Of a stretch of 64,000 nt of DNA, positions 50,773 to 62,445 are shown piece after piece (within the stretch, counting starts at the first letter, position 1; each line of letters opens with the position of its first letter). The notes beneath the pieces are model-generated. The model ran no database searches. It was not told the DNA's origin and worked only from the letters and a program-made list of their open reading frames with translations. Both the position numbers and the translations under genes were made by a program. This stretch comes from a bacterium (GTDB lineage: Bacteria; UBA8248), in contig OZ241326.1 in assembly GCA_965199855.1 (NCBI GenBank), positions 1,536,001 to 1,600,000 of the forward strand. The letters run 5' to 3'.

Positions 50773-51971
50773 GCCGGCCCCTGCGGTTTCGAGTCGAGAG
50801 CGCGGACGCGAGGAGCAAGGCGCGCGCGGGCCGCCTCGCGCTTCCGCGCGGCGAGGCGCGCACCCCCCTCTTCATGGCCGTCGGCACCCGGGCGGCCGTC
50901 AAGACGCTGACGCCCGGGGATTTGTCCGCGGCGGGCTGCCGGGTGATTCTCGCCAACGCCTATCATCTCTCCCTCCGGCCCGGAGCCGGCGTCATCGCCA
51001 GGCTGGGCGGGCTTCACCGGTTCATGGGCTGGGACGGCCCGATTCTGACCGACAGCGGCGGATACCAGCTTTTCAGCCTCGCGCCGCTCGCCAGGGTCTC
51101 TGACGAGGGAATCGATTTTCAGAGCCACATAGACGGCGCGCGGATGATGCTGACGCCCGAGCGCGCCGTGGAGATTCAGGAAGACCTGGGCGCGGACATC
51201 GCCATGGCGCTCGATGAGCCTCTGGGCTTCCCCCATACGCGGGACGAGGCCCGCCGCGCCCTGGAGCGGACCACCCTCTGGGCCGAAAGGGCGAAGAAGG
51301 CGCACGCGCGGGAGGATCAGGCGCTTTTCGGCATCGCGCAGGGAGGAGGCTTCGAGGAGCTGAGGGCGCGGAGCGCGCGCGAGCTGGCGGAGATGGATTT
51401 TCCGGGCTACGCCGTCGGCGGCCTCTGTCTGGGAGAGGCGAAGGCGCGAACCGACGCGCTTCTCGACGCCGCCACCGACGCGCTTCCGCCCGACAGGCCG
51501 CGCTACGCGATGGGAATGGGCACGCCGGCGGATTTGATTCGCGGCGTCCGCAGGGGCGTGGACATGTTCGACTGCGTGATGCCGACCCGCCACGCGCGGC
51601 GCGGGAATCTCTTCTCCTGGGGGGGCAGGCTCGCCATCAAGAACGCTTCGCACGCCGAGGCGCCCGGGCCGATCGATCCGCGCTGCGGATGCGAGGTCTG
51701 CCGGAAGGGATACAGCCGGGCGTATCTGCGGCATTTGTTCCGGGCGGGGGAGACGCTGGGACTGCGCCTGATGACGATTCACAACCTCTACTTCTACCAG
51801 AGCCTGCTCGCGCGGGCGCGAAAGGCCATCGAGGAGGGGCGCTTTTCAGCCTGGGCGGAGGAGCAGCTCGCAGGCCCCCTGGGCCGCGACCCCGAAGGGC
51901 CGCCGGGCGGCGGGCGGGGGCGTCGGGATCGAGCGGGACGCCTGGCTTCGGGGGCGTCCGCCGAAGAATAA
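50769..51971 (+). CDS. tgt: tRNA-guanine transglycosylase
   Basis: TPLFM.VGT, AYHL..RPG, LTDSGGYQ, GVDMFDCVMPTR, zinc site CGCEVC...HN. Confidence 0.95.
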   Translation: MSRPLRFRVESADARSKARAGRLALPRGEARTPLFMAVGTRAAVKTLTPGDLSAAGCRVILANAYHLSLRPGAGVIARLGGLHRFMGWDGPILTDSGGYQLFSLAPLARVSDEGIDFQSHIDGARMMLTPERAVEIQEDLGADIAMALDEPLGFPHTRDEARRALERTTLWAERAKKAHAREDQALFGIAQGGGFEELRARSARELAEMDFPGYAVGGLCLGEAKARTDALLDAATDALPPDRPRYAMGMGTPADLIRGVRRGVDMFDCVMPTRHARRGNLFSWGGRLAIKNASHAEAPGPIDPRCGCEVCRKGYSRAYLRHLFRAGETLGLRLMTIHNLYFYQSLLARARKAIEEGRFSAWAEEQLAGPLGRDPEGPPGGGRGRRDRAGRLASGASAEE

Positions 51972-51995
51972 GCGACTGATTCTTAATGCCTTCGC

Positions 51996-52024
51996 TTGAC
52001 ATGGGGCGGGGGCTTTGCTACCAA
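51996..52024 (+). promoter_or_regulatory. sigma70-like promoter for yajC-secDF
   Basis: TTGACA-17 bp-TACCAA with TG at -15. Confidence 0.6.
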
Positions 52025-52076
52025 GCCCTGTTTGCGGCCCCCGCGGGGGCGCTCTTTTTCATGGAGACTTCGGAGA

Positions 52077-52481
52077 ATGCTCGATTCTTTCGCGGCATGG
52101 CTCGGGGGGGCGTCCGCCGCCCACGCCATGGCCCCGTCCGGCGGCGGCGGAGATCAGCCCGGCTTTCTGATTCAGCTGGCGCCGTTCCTGATGATTTTCG
52201 CCATCATCTATTTCGTCATGATCAGGCCCCAGCAAAAAAGACAGCAGGAAGTCCGCCGGATGCAGGAGGCGCTCAAGCCCGGCGATCAGGTCGTCGCGAA
52301 CGGGATTCTGGGCGAGGTGGCGAGGATCAAGGACGACGTCGTAACGCTCAAGGTGGATGAGAACGTGCGCATTCGCGTGCAGAAATCCTTCGTGACGAGT
52401 GCCGTCCCGAGCGCGGACAAGGCGGAAAAAGCGGACAAGGCCAAGGCTCCCCGGAAAGAAAAACCGGAAAAGCAGAAGTAA
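52077..52481 (+). CDS. yajC: preprotein translocase subunit YajC
   Basis: IYFVMIRPQQKRQ, LKPGD.V...GI.G; lies upstream of secD. Confidence 0.93.
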   Translation: MLDSFAAWLGGASAAHAMAPSGGGGDQPGFLIQLAPFLMIFAIIYFVMIRPQQKRQQEVRRMQEALKPGDQVVANGILGEVARIKDDVVTLKVDENVRIRVQKSFVTSAVPSADKAEKADKAKAPRKEKPEKQK

Positions 52482-52560
52482 GGCCGCTTCGCCGCCTGGT
52501 CGGCGAGGCGGTTTCGGAAGCGGGCGGCGTCGGGCCGCCCGGCGCAGGGAGGGCTTCACG

Positions 52561-54111
52561 ATGAGGGGCGCAGGCTGGCGGGCGGGCTTGATCGCGGTCG
52601 CGATAGCCGCCTCCGCGTTCTATCTGACGCCCCCGGGCGAGCGCATCAACCTCGGGCTCGATTTGCAGGGCGGGATTCACCTGGTTCTCGAGGTGCAGTC
52701 GGAGAAAGCGGTCGAATCGAAGATGAGCCGCTACTTCACGGAGCTGAGAAACCGCCTTTCCATGGACGACATACGAACCCGGGCCTTCAGGCGCGAGGGG
52801 CTGAGGATAACCGCGGCCCTTCATCGCCCCGGCGACCGCGGGCGCTTCCTATCGATGATGGGGAATTATCCCGACCTCACCCTGGAGAAGGAGGAGGGCG
52901 CGCCCCCGACGTTCGTCTATTTCCTCTCGCGCCGGCAGGTGGAGCAGACGAAGGAGCAGTCCATCGTCCAGGCGCTTGAGACGATAAGAAACCGCATCGA
53001 TCAGTTCGGCGTGCGCGAACCCACCCTTCAGCGGCAGGGAGAGCGGCGAATCATCGTTCAGCTTCCCGGGGTGGAGGACCCTGCGCGGGCGAAGTCCCTC
53101 ATCGGGAAAACGGCGCTTCTGGAGTTCAAGATGGTGGACGGCGAGGCCAGCGCCGCGCGCGCGCGGGAAAGCGGACGCGCGCCCGAGGGCCTCGAGCTTT
53201 TGTACGAAACATCGAGGGACGGCCGCACGGGCGAGGTAATAGATCGCGTCCCCCTGCTGGTGAGGAAGGAGGCCGCCCTGACGGGGGACAACCTCACCGA
53301 CGCGCGCGTGGAAATCGGGGATCGCTTCAGCCAGCCCTACGTTTCCATCGCGTTCGATTCCGTGGGGGCGGATTCGTTCGACCGCCTCACGGCGGCGAAC
53401 GTGGGCAGGCGCCTCGCCATCGTGCTGGACGGCGTCGTGTACAGCGCCCCCGTCATTCAGGAGCGAATCAGCCAGGGCAGGGCGCAGATAACGGGAAGCT
53501 TCACGCTGGAGGAGGCGCGGGATCTGGCGATCGCCCTGCGGGCGGGCGCGCTTCCCGCCCCGGTGGAGGTTCTGGAGGAAAGGAACGTGGGCCCCTCGCT
53601 GGGGGCGGATTCCGTGCGCCAGGGCCTCGTGAGCATCATCGCCGGGTTCGTTCTCGTCCTGATATTCATGGCCATCTACTACAGACTGAGCGGGGCCGTG
53701 GCCATCATGGCGCTCCTGTTCAACCTCCTGATTCTCATGGGCGCGCTCGGCTTCTTCGGCGCCACGCTCACCCTGCCGGGAATCGCCGGCATCGTTCTGA
53801 CGGTCGGCATGGCCGTTGACGCCAACGTTCTGATTTTCGAGCGAATCCGGGAGGAGCTGCGCCTGGGGAAGACCATTCGCTCCGCCGTCGATTCGGGCTA
53901 CGGAAAAGCCTTCCTGACGATTCTCGACGCGAACGTCACGACGCTCATCGCCGCGCTGGTGCTCCTCCAGTTCGGAACCGGCCCCATCAAGGGGTTCGCC
54001 GTCACCCTCAGCATCGGGATCGCGGCGAGCATGTTCACCGCGATTTTCGTGACCCGGTTCGTCTATGACTTCTTCCTGTGGCGGACCGACGTGAGGAGCC
54101 TGAGCATATAA
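52561..54111 (+). CDS. secD: protein translocase subunit SecD
   Basis: LGLDLQGG, IRNRIDQFGV.EP, VGPSLG, LTLPGIAG, GMAVDANVLIFERIREE, DANVTT. Confidence 0.97.
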   Translation: MRGAGWRAGLIAVAIAASAFYLTPPGERINLGLDLQGGIHLVLEVQSEKAVESKMSRYFTELRNRLSMDDIRTRAFRREGLRITAALHRPGDRGRFLSMMGNYPDLTLEKEEGAPPTFVYFLSRRQVEQTKEQSIVQALETIRNRIDQFGVREPTLQRQGERRIIVQLPGVEDPARAKSLIGKTALLEFKMVDGEASAARARESGRAPEGLELLYETSRDGRTGEVIDRVPLLVRKEAALTGDNLTDARVEIGDRFSQPYVSIAFDSVGADSFDRLTAANVGRRLAIVLDGVVYSAPVIQERISQGRAQITGSFTLEEARDLAIALRAGALPAPVEVLEERNVGPSLGADSVRQGLVSIIAGFVLVLIFMAIYYRLSGAVAIMALLFNLLILMGALGFFGATLTLPGIAGIVLTVGMAVDANVLIFERIREELRLGKTIRSAVDSGYGKAFLTILDANVTTLIAALVLLQFGTGPIKGFAVTLSIGIAASMFTAIFVTRFVYDFFLWRTDVRSLSI

Positions 54112-55040
54112 TGGAGATCATCCGGCCGGACTCGTCGTTCGACATCATCGGCAAAATTAGGATTTTCGCCGGCGTCTCCTGCGCGCTCGTCCTGCTCTCC
54201 CTCCTCCTTCTGCTCGTGAAGGGGATCAACTACGGCATCGACTTCACCGGCGGAACGCTGGTTCAGGTTCAGTTCAGGGAGGCGCGGCCGATCGGGGAGC
54301 TGCGCGGCGCCGTCTCCGCGCTGTCCCTGGGCGATACGGTCATTCAGAATTTCGGCTCCGACAGGGAGTTTCTGATTCGCGTGGAGAAGAGCTCGGGCAG
54401 CATCGAGGGCGTCGAGTCTCTCGTCAGGGACGCCCTCGTCAGGAGGTTCGGCGCGGATGCGTTCCTGATGAGGCGAACCGAGATGGTCGGCCCCAAGGTG
54501 GGCGCGGACCTGCGCCGGAAGGCGATCAGCAGCATGGCGTTCGCCCTCGTCGGAATCCTGATTTACATCAGCCTCCGCTTCCAGTTTCGCCAGGCGGCGG
54601 CGGCGGTCGCGGCGCTCCTGCACGACGTCGTCATCACGCTCGGCGTATTCTCCCTGTCCGGCAAGGAGTTCTCCCTGCCCATCGTGGCCGCCGTCCTGAC
54701 GATTATCGGCTACTCGCTGAACGACACCATCGTGGTGTTCGACCGCATTCGGGAAAACACGCGCGCCTCGAGGCGCGCCGAATTCCCGGCGCTCGTCAAC
54801 AAGTCCATCAACCAGACGTTCTCGCGGACGCTCCTCACCTCGGGAACGACGCTGGTCGCCGTGCTGGCCTTCCTCTTCCTGGGGGGCGACGTGATTTCCG
54901 ACGTGGCGTTCGCTCTCGCGGTGGGCATCCTGGTGGGCACCTATTCCTCCATCTACGTGGCGAGCCCCATTCTGCTGGCGTGGCCCGAGGCGGCGCGCGG
55001 CCGCGCCAGAGGCGGGAAAAACTCCGCCGCCAAAGCCTGA
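54111..55040 (+). CDS. secF: protein translocase subunit SecF
   Basis: GIDFTGG, VGPKVG, LLHDV, IGYSLNDTIVVFDRIRE, RTLLTS.TT, GTYSSIY. Confidence 0.97.
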   Translation: MEIIRPDSSFDIIGKIRIFAGVSCALVLLSLLLLLVKGINYGIDFTGGTLVQVQFREARPIGELRGAVSALSLGDTVIQNFGSDREFLIRVEKSSGSIEGVESLVRDALVRRFGADAFLMRRTEMVGPKVGADLRRKAISSMAFALVGILIYISLRFQFRQAAAAVAALLHDVVITLGVFSLSGKEFSLPIVAAVLTIIGYSLNDTIVVFDRIRENTRASRRAEFPALVNKSINQTFSRTLLTSGTTLVAVLAFLFLGGDVISDVAFALAVGILVGTYSSIYVASPILLAWPEAARGRARGGKNSAAKA

Positions 55041-55173
55041 CGCCGAAGGCGGGCGCCTCCCGGAAGGCGCGGGCTTTCGCTCATGGCCGGGCGGCGCGTG
55101 AAATTCCCCGGCGGGCGGGGCTTCGCTCCTCGCGCGCCCGGTCTGAAAAACCCCGCTTCAAAACAGGTTTTGG

Positions 55174-55216
55174 CATTGCGGCAATCCCTCCTCCCGGTCG
55201 GGTTGACGCCGCAATG
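55174..55216. repeat. hairpin repeat between convergent secF and argG
   Basis: CATTGCGGC...GCCGCAATG inverted arms; the core CAATCCCTCCTCCCGGTCGGGTTGACGCCG resembles 12094-12124. Confidence 0.65.
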
Positions 55217-55262
55217 AGGATGGAGACGGGTTCGGCGTTCAGCGGGCGCGGCGGAGGCTTTG

Positions 55263-56477
55263 TTATGAGGAATCCCGCTGCGCGCGTATCCGCAGCCGCA
55301 GGGCGTTCAGGCGAATGAACCCCTCCGCGTCCTCCTGGGAATACGCGGCGTCTTCCTCGAAGGTGGCGAGGTCGGGGCGATAGAGGCTCCTGTTCGCGGG
55401 CGCTTTCCTTCCCGCGACGCCGCACGCCCCCTTGTAGAGCTTCATCCGCGCGGTTCCGCACACCGATTCCGCCGCGCGGTCGATGGCGGCCTGCAGGAAT
55501 TCCCGCTCGGGCGCGAACCAGAAGCCGTTATAGACGAGTTGCGCGTATTTCGGGATGAGGGAATCGCGCAGCCGGAGAACCTCCCTGTCCATCGTGAGGG
55601 ATTCCACGGCCCGGCGCGCCGCGTGAAGAACCGCGCCCGCGGGCGTCTCGTACACCCCCCGGCACTTCATGCCCACGAAGCGGTTTTCCACCAGGTCCAC
55701 CCGTCCCACGCCGTGGGCGCCCGCCAGCGCGTTGAGCCGCTCCATCATGGCGACCGGCGAGAGCGCCTCCCCGTTCAGAGCGACGGGGTCGCCCCCCTCG
55801 AATTCGATCTCGACGTATTCGGGCGCGTCGGGCGCCTTCTCGGGCGACGCGCTGAGAACGTACATGTCCTCGGGCGGCTCCGCCCAGGGGTCTTCGAGGA
55901 TTCCGCCCTCGAAGCTGATGTGAAGAAGGTTTCTGTCCATGGAATACGGCTTTTCCGCCGTAACGGGTATCGGGATGCCGCGCCTTTCGGCGTAGGCGAT
56001 GAGCTGGGAGCGTCCGCCGAAGTCCCAGTGGCGCCATGGCGCGATGACGGCGACCTCCGGGTCGATGGAGGCGTAGGCCAGCTCGAAGCGCACCTGATCG
56101 TTCCCCTTGCCCGTCGCGCCGTGGGCGACGGCGTCCGCCCCCGTTTCCCGGAGAACGTCCATCTGCCCTTTGGCGATGAGCGGCCTGGCGATGGAGGTTC
56201 CCAGCAGATACGCGCCCTCATAGACGGCGCCGGCGCGAAGCATCGGAAATACGTAGTCGCGCGCGAATTCCTCCCGCAGGTCCAGCACGCGGCAGGACTC
56301 GGCGCCCGTGGCCGCCGCCTTCTCCTCCAGGCCGTCGAGTTCGCCCGCGCCCTGTCCCACGTCCGCCGCGTAGGCCACGACCGGGCAGCTATATTCCTCC
56401 TTGAGCCACTTGAGCATGACGGAGGTGTCCAGCCCGCCCGAGTAGGCGAGCACCACTTTTTTCGGCCTAGTCGCCAT
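55263..56477 (-). CDS. argG: argininosuccinate synthase
   Basis: [50 protein letters not shown]. Confidence 0.97.
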   Translation of the reverse strand: MATRPKKVVLAYSGGLDTSVMLKWLKEEYSCPVVAYAADVGQGAGELDGLEEKAAATGAESCRVLDLREEFARDYVFPMLRAGAVYEGAYLLGTSIARPLIAKGQMDVLRETGADAVAHGATGKGNDQVRFELAYASIDPEVAVIAPWRHWDFGGRSQLIAYAERRGIPIPVTAEKPYSMDRNLLHISFEGGILEDPWAEPPEDMYVLSASPEKAPDAPEYVEIEFEGGDPVALNGEALSPVAMMERLNALAGAHGVGRVDLVENRFVGMKCRGVYETPAGAVLHAARRAVESLTMDREVLRLRDSLIPKYAQLVYNGFWFAPEREFLQAAIDRAAESVCGTARMKLYKGACGVAGRKAPANRSLYRPDLATFEEDAAYSQEDAEGFIRLNALRLRIRAQRDSS

Positions 56478-57405
56478 CCGCGCCTCCGGCGAGAATCTGA
56501 AGGAGCGCCTTCTGCGCGTGGAGCCGGTTTCCCGCCTGCGCGAAAACGACGCTCCGGGGGCCGTCGATGACCTCCCGCGTAACCTCCTCCCCCCTGTGCG
56601 CGGGCAGGCAGTGCATGAATACGGCGTCTTCTCGCGCGCCTCGAAAGGAGCTTTCGCTCACCTGGTAGGGCGCGAGCGTCCTGCGGCGGCGCTCGCTCTC
56701 CTCTTCCTGTCCCATGGAAGTCCACACGTCCGTATAGACGGCGCAGGCGTCCGCGCACGCCTCCTCCGGGTCTTCGGTGATCTCGATGTTCGCGCCCGAT
56801 TCCCCGGCCAAGCTCCGCGCCCGCTCCAGGACGTTCGAGTCGGGCCAATGCGCCTTCGGGCACGCCGCGCTGACGCTGGCCCCGAGCAGCGCCCCGACGA
56901 TCAGCAGGGAGTGCAGCACGTTGTTCCCGTCGCCCAGGTAGGCGAGCTTCAGGCTCTCCGGCGCGCCGCGGCGCTCCCGGAGCGTCAGAAAATCGGCGAG
57001 CGCCTGGCAGGGGTGATGCAGGTCGGTCAGGGCGTTGACGACGGGGACGCTCGCGTTCGAGGCGATTTCCTCGGCGCGCGCGTGCGCGTAGGTGCGGACG
57101 ATGATGCCGTCCGCGTATTCGCTCAGCACCCTCGCGCTGTCCGCGGGAGATTCGCCCCGGCCGAGCTGCGTGTCGCCCGGCGAGAGGAAAATGGCGTTGG
57201 CGCCCAGCTGAAAAAGGCCCGCCTCGAAGGAGACCTTCGTCCTCGTGGACTGCTTCTCGAACACGAGCGCGAAATTCTTCCCCGCCAGGGCGGGGCGGAG
57301 GCTCCCCCGGGCGGCTTCCTTTTTCTGGCGGAGCGCCTCCTCGATGAGCTTGCGCGTCCGCGCGGCGGCGAGCTCCTCGCCCGTGAGGTAGTCGAGCTTC
57401 TTCAT
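56467..57405 (-). CDS. argF: ornithine carbamoyltransferase
   Basis: [35 protein letters not shown]. Confidence 0.96.
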   Translation of the reverse strand: MKKLDYLTGEELAAARTRKLIEEALRQKKEAARGSLRPALAGKNFALVFEKQSTRTKVSFEAGLFQLGANAIFLSPGDTQLGRGESPADSARVLSEYADGIIVRTYAHARAEEIASNASVPVVNALTDLHHPCQALADFLTLRERRGAPESLKLAYLGDGNNVLHSLLIVGALLGASVSAACPKAHWPDSNVLERARSLAGESGANIEITEDPEEACADACAVYTDVWTSMGQEEESERRRRTLAPYQVSESSFRGAREDAVFMHCLPAHRGEEVTREVIDGPRSVVFAQAGNRLHAQKALLQILAGGADGD

Positions 57406-58595
57406 TTCGCCAGGTCCGCCAGGGCGTCGTCCAGGAAGTTCAGCAGCCTGTCGATCATCTCCTTTTCCACGACCAGCGGGGGAATGAGCCGGATGACCCT
57501 CTGGACGGCCGCGTTCAGCAGGAAGCCGGCCTCGAGCCCTTTGGCGACGACGGGGGCGGCGTCCGCGTCCACCTCGCAGCCGATGATCAGCCCCTTGCCC
57601 CTGACGGCCTTGACGATGGGGCGGCGCGCGGCGATCTCCTCGAGGCCCGCCATGGCGTATGCGCCCATTTCCCCGACGCGCGCGAGAAAGCCCGGGGCGG
57701 AGACGGCGTCCAGCGCGGCGCACCCCGCGGCGGTGGCCAGCGGGTTGCCCCCGAAGGTCGCCGCGTGATCCCCCGGCTCGAACGCCATGGCCCTGTCCGA
57801 GGCGACCAGCGCGCCGATGGCGGCTCCGCCCGCCAGCGCCTTCGCCAGGCACATGGCGTCGGGCGCCACGCCCTCGTGCTCGTGCGCCCAGAGCTTTCCG
57901 GTTCTGCCGAGGCCGACCTGCACCTCGTCGAAGAGCAGGAGCAGGTCGTTCGCGTCGCATATCTCGCGCAGCGCCCTCAGCCAGCCCTCCGGCGGAACGT
58001 TGACGCCCCCCTCGCCCTGGATGGGCTCCACCAGGACGGCGCAGGTCTTCTCCGAAACCGCGCTCGCCGCGGACTCCGCGTCGCCGAAGGGCAGGTAGCG
58101 GAAGCCGGGCGGGAGGGGCCTGAACGCCCCGTGAAACTTCGTCTGGCCCGTGGCGGCGAGCGAGGCCATGGTGCGGCCGTGAAAGCTCATGTCGAAGCTC
58201 AGCACCTCGTGCCGCCCCTCGCCGTATTTTTGGAAGGAATACTTCCGCGCGAGCTTGATCGCCGCCTCGACGGCCTCGGCGCCGCTGTTGCAGAAAAACG
58301 TCTTGTCGCCGAAGGAGAGCCGGGCGAGCCTCTTCGCCAGCTCGATCTGCGGCTCGATGTGGTAGAGGTTCGACACGTGAATCAGTCTTCCGGCCTGCTC
58401 CCGGACGGCGGCGACGACCGCCGGGTGGCAGTGTCCCAGATTGCAGACGGCGAGGCCGGACACGAAGTCGAGATACTCCCTTCCGTCCGCGTCCCAGACG
58501 CGGCAGCCTTCGCCGCGCGTCAGCGCGATGGGGAAGCGCCCGTAGGTGGGCGCCACGTGCAGTTCGGCGTCCGAGATCAGCCGCGCGTTGTCCAT
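57402..58595 (-). CDS. argD: acetylornithine aminotransferase
   Basis: WDADG.EYLD, NLGHCHP, NSGAEA, FHGRT, EPIQGEGG, DEVQ.GLGRTG, TFGGNP. Confidence 0.95.
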   Translation of the reverse strand: MDNARLISDAELHVAPTYGRFPIALTRGEGCRVWDADGREYLDFVSGLAVCNLGHCHPAVVAAVREQAGRLIHVSNLYHIEPQIELAKRLARLSFGDKTFFCNSGAEAVEAAIKLARKYSFQKYGEGRHEVLSFDMSFHGRTMASLAATGQTKFHGAFRPLPPGFRYLPFGDAESAASAVSEKTCAVLVEPIQGEGGVNVPPEGWLRALREICDANDLLLLFDEVQVGLGRTGKLWAHEHEGVAPDAMCLAKALAGGAAIGALVASDRAMAFEPGDHAATFGGNPLATAAGCAALDAVSAPGFLARVGEMGAYAMAGLEEIAARRPIVKAVRGKGLIIGCEVDADAAPVVAKGLEAGFLLNAAVQRVIRLIPPLVVEKEMIDRLLNFLDDALADLAK

Positions 58596-58612
58596 GTTCC
58601 TCCCCGACGGGG

Positions 58613-59488
58613 CTACGGGACGATTTGCGTGCCCACGCCCTCTTTCGTGAACACCTCGAGAAGGACGGCGTGCGGAACCCCGCCGTCCACGATGTGGGTC
58701 TTCGCCACGCCGGAGGAGAGCGCCTCCAGGCAGGCGTCCGCTTTCGGAATCATTCCGCCGGTGATGATTTTCTCCTCCTTCAGCCTCTGCGCCTCCTCGC
58801 GCCGCAGGGTGCTGAGGAGCTCCCCGCCCGCGTCCAGAATGCCCGGCACGTCCGTGAGGAGGATGAACTTCTCCGCCCGAAGGGAGCCGGCGACGGCGCC
58901 GGCGGCCGAATCGGCGTTGATGTTGTAGACGCTGCCGTCCCGCCCCACGCCCAGGGGCGCGATGACGGGAATGAAGCCCCCCTTCGCGAGGTGGTGGATG
59001 ATGGCGGGGCGTATGGCCAGCACCTCGCCGACGCGCCCCAGGTCGTACTCCACGTCCTCTCCGTCCGGCCCCTTCCTGTTCATGGTCAGCTTCTTCGCCG
59101 CCGTGAGGCCGGCGTCCGAGCCGGAGAGGCCCACGGCGCTTCCGCCGTGCTGGTTGATGAGCCTGACGATGCCCTTGTTCGTCGAGCCGGCGAGCACCAT
59201 CTCCACGACGCCGACCGTCTCCTCGTCCGTCACGCGAAGCCCCTCGACGAACTCGCTGGTCTTGCCGATTTTCCTGAGCGTCTCGCCGATCTGGGGGCCG
59301 CCGCCGTGGACGACCACCACGTTGATGCCCACGTACTTGAGAAGCACGACGTCCTGGGCGAAGGGCGCGTGCAGCTCCGGCCGCACCTGGGCCGCCCCGC
59401 CGTATTTGACGACGACGGTCTTGCCCGCGAACTGCTGGATGTAGGGCAGGGCCTCGACCAGCGTCGCCGCCCTGTCTTTCGCTTCCAT
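58613..59488 (-). CDS. argB: acetylglutamate kinase
   Basis: EALPYI, VVKYGG, VHGGGPQI, GLRVTD, NINAD, LTDVPG, GGMIPK. Confidence 0.96.
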   Translation of the reverse strand: MEAKDRAATLVEALPYIQQFAGKTVVVKYGGAAQVRPELHAPFAQDVVLLKYVGINVVVVHGGGPQIGETLRKIGKTSEFVEGLRVTDEETVGVVEMVLAGSTNKGIVRLINQHGGSAVGLSGSDAGLTAAKKLTMNRKGPDGEDVEYDLGRVGEVLAIRPAIIHHLAKGGFIPVIAPLGVGRDGSVYNINADSAAGAVAGSLRAEKFILLTDVPGILDAGGELLSTLRREEAQRLKEEKIITGGMIPKADACLEALSSGVAKTHIVDGGVPHAVLLEVFTKEGVGTQIVP

Positions 59489-59594
59489 CCGCGCGGAATC
59501 CTTCGGCAAGAGCGAGCGGAAAGCCGGCCTTTCGCCGCAAGGCGAGAAATATACACCCCCCGAAGCTTCGAGGCCAACGGGGGAGGAGCGAACG

Positions 59595-60952
<1,358 letters not shown>

Positions 60953-60953
<1 letters not shown>

Positions 60954-61501
60954 CAAAGCGCTTCCACGGAAATGTTCCCGTTGGTATAGACGCAGATGTC
61001 CGCCGCGATTTCGAGGGAGCGCCTCGCGATTTCCTCGGCGCCGAGGTCGGGTTCGAGGCTCAGGATGCCGCGCGCGGCGGCGACCGCCATGGGGCCGCCG
61101 CTGCCGATTCCGAGCACGCCGTCGTCGGGTTCGATGATGTCTCCCGTTCCCGAGAGGATGAGCGAGGTCTCCGCGTCCGCCACCGCCAGGAGCGCCTCCA
61201 GGCGGCGCAGCGCCCTGTCCGTTCTCCAGTCCTTGCCCATCTCCACGGCGGCGCGGGAGAGATTTCCCCGGTATTCCTCGAGCTTCCCCTCGAAGCGCTC
61301 GAAGAGGGCGATGGCGTCCGAGGCGGAGCCGGCGAAGCCCGCCAGCACCTTCCCGCCGCCGAGCCTGCGAATCTTGACGGCGCCGTGCTTGACCGCCGCC
61401 TGGCCCATCGTGACCTGGCCGTCCCCGCCCAGCGCGGTGCGCCCCTTGTAGCGCAGCCCCAGAATGGTGGTCGAGCGGATGATCGCGCCCGGCGTCGTCA
61501 T
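60953..61501 (-). CDS. hslV: ATP-dependent protease subunit HslV
   Basis: TTIL, GDGQVT.G, GFAGS.SDA, WRTDR.LRRLEA, GSGG, DICVYTN. Confidence 0.96.
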
Positions 61502-62445
61502 CGCTCCTCCCCGCCCCGCGCCTTCATCCTCGCTCTCGGGTGCGCGTCGTCATACACCGCGCGCAGATGGGAGAAGTCCACCTGGGTGTATCTCTGCGTC
61601 GTGGAGAGGCTCGCGTGTCCCAGAAGCTCCTGAATCGAGCGCAAATCCGCCTCCTTGCTTTCCAGCAGATGCGTCGCCGCCGTGTGGCGAAGGGCGTGGG
61701 GCGTGAAATGATAGCCGAAGCCGCCCTTTTTTTCATACCGGCGGAAGATGGAGCGCACGAAGGCCGGAGAAATTCTCCCGCCGCGCCTGTTGACGAACAG
61801 GGGCGCGTCCCCGGCGGCGCCCGCCCCGGTTCGCGCCCGGTGGCTGAGGACCGCCTTCGCGGCCTCCTTCGTGATGGGAACGATTCGCTCCTTTTTCCCC
61901 TTGCCGCGAACGCGGACGAGCCTCTCCTCCGCGTCCAGGTCGGCGTGGTTCAGCCCCGTCAGTTCGCTCACCCTGAGCCCCGAGCCGTAGAGAAGCTCGA
62001 AAATCGCCTTGTCCCTCGCGCCTTCGGGAGTCGACGCGTCGGGCATCTCCATGAGGCGAACGGCGTCATCCACGGGCAGGAAGGTCGGCAGGGGCCTTTT
62101 CGCCCGGGGCGAGGGCGTCTCTCCCGCCGGATCGGCGACGGGGAAGCCCTCCCGCCGCAGAAAGCGGAACAGGCTGCGTATGCTCGACAGATGCCGGTTC
62201 ACGGTCGCCGCCGAGACGCCCCGGCGGTAGAGAAGGCCGAGATAGCCCCGGACGGCGAGGGAGTCGATCCCGTCCAGCGCCGCCGGCTTCCCCGCCCAGT
62301 CGGCGAGAAATTCCTCGAAGCTGCCCAGATCCGCGGCGTAGGCGCGAACGGTGTGCTCCGAGGCGACGCGCTCGTCGCGCAGGTGCGCCTCGAACAGCGC
62401 GCGCGCCTCGCTCAGGCTGTTCGTGAGGCGAGCCGGCTCCGCCAT
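61498..62445 (-). CDS. xerC: tyrosine recombinase XerC
   Basis: [48 protein letters not shown]; trmFO-xerC-hslVU synteny. Confidence 0.92.
   Translation of the reverse strand: MAEPARLTNSLSEARALFEAHLRDERVASEHTVRAYAADLGSFEEFLADWAGKPAALDGIDSLAVRGYLGLLYRRGVSAATVNRHLSSIRSLFRFLRREGFPVADPAGETPSPRAKRPLPTFLPVDDAVRLMEMPDASTPEGARDKAIFELLYGSGLRVSELTGLNHADLDAEERLVRVRGKGKKERIVPITKEAAKAVLSHRARTGAGAAGDAPLFVNRRGGRISPAFVRSIFRRYEKKGGFGYHFTPHALRHTAATHLLESKEADLRSIQELLGHASLSTTQRYTQVDFSHLRAVYDDAHPRARMKARGGEER

Noticed and set aside
61498-62445. Tyrosine recombinase as a phage or island integrase
   Set aside because: It lies in the conserved topA-trmFO-xerC-hslVU context with host-like composition and no att sites or cargo
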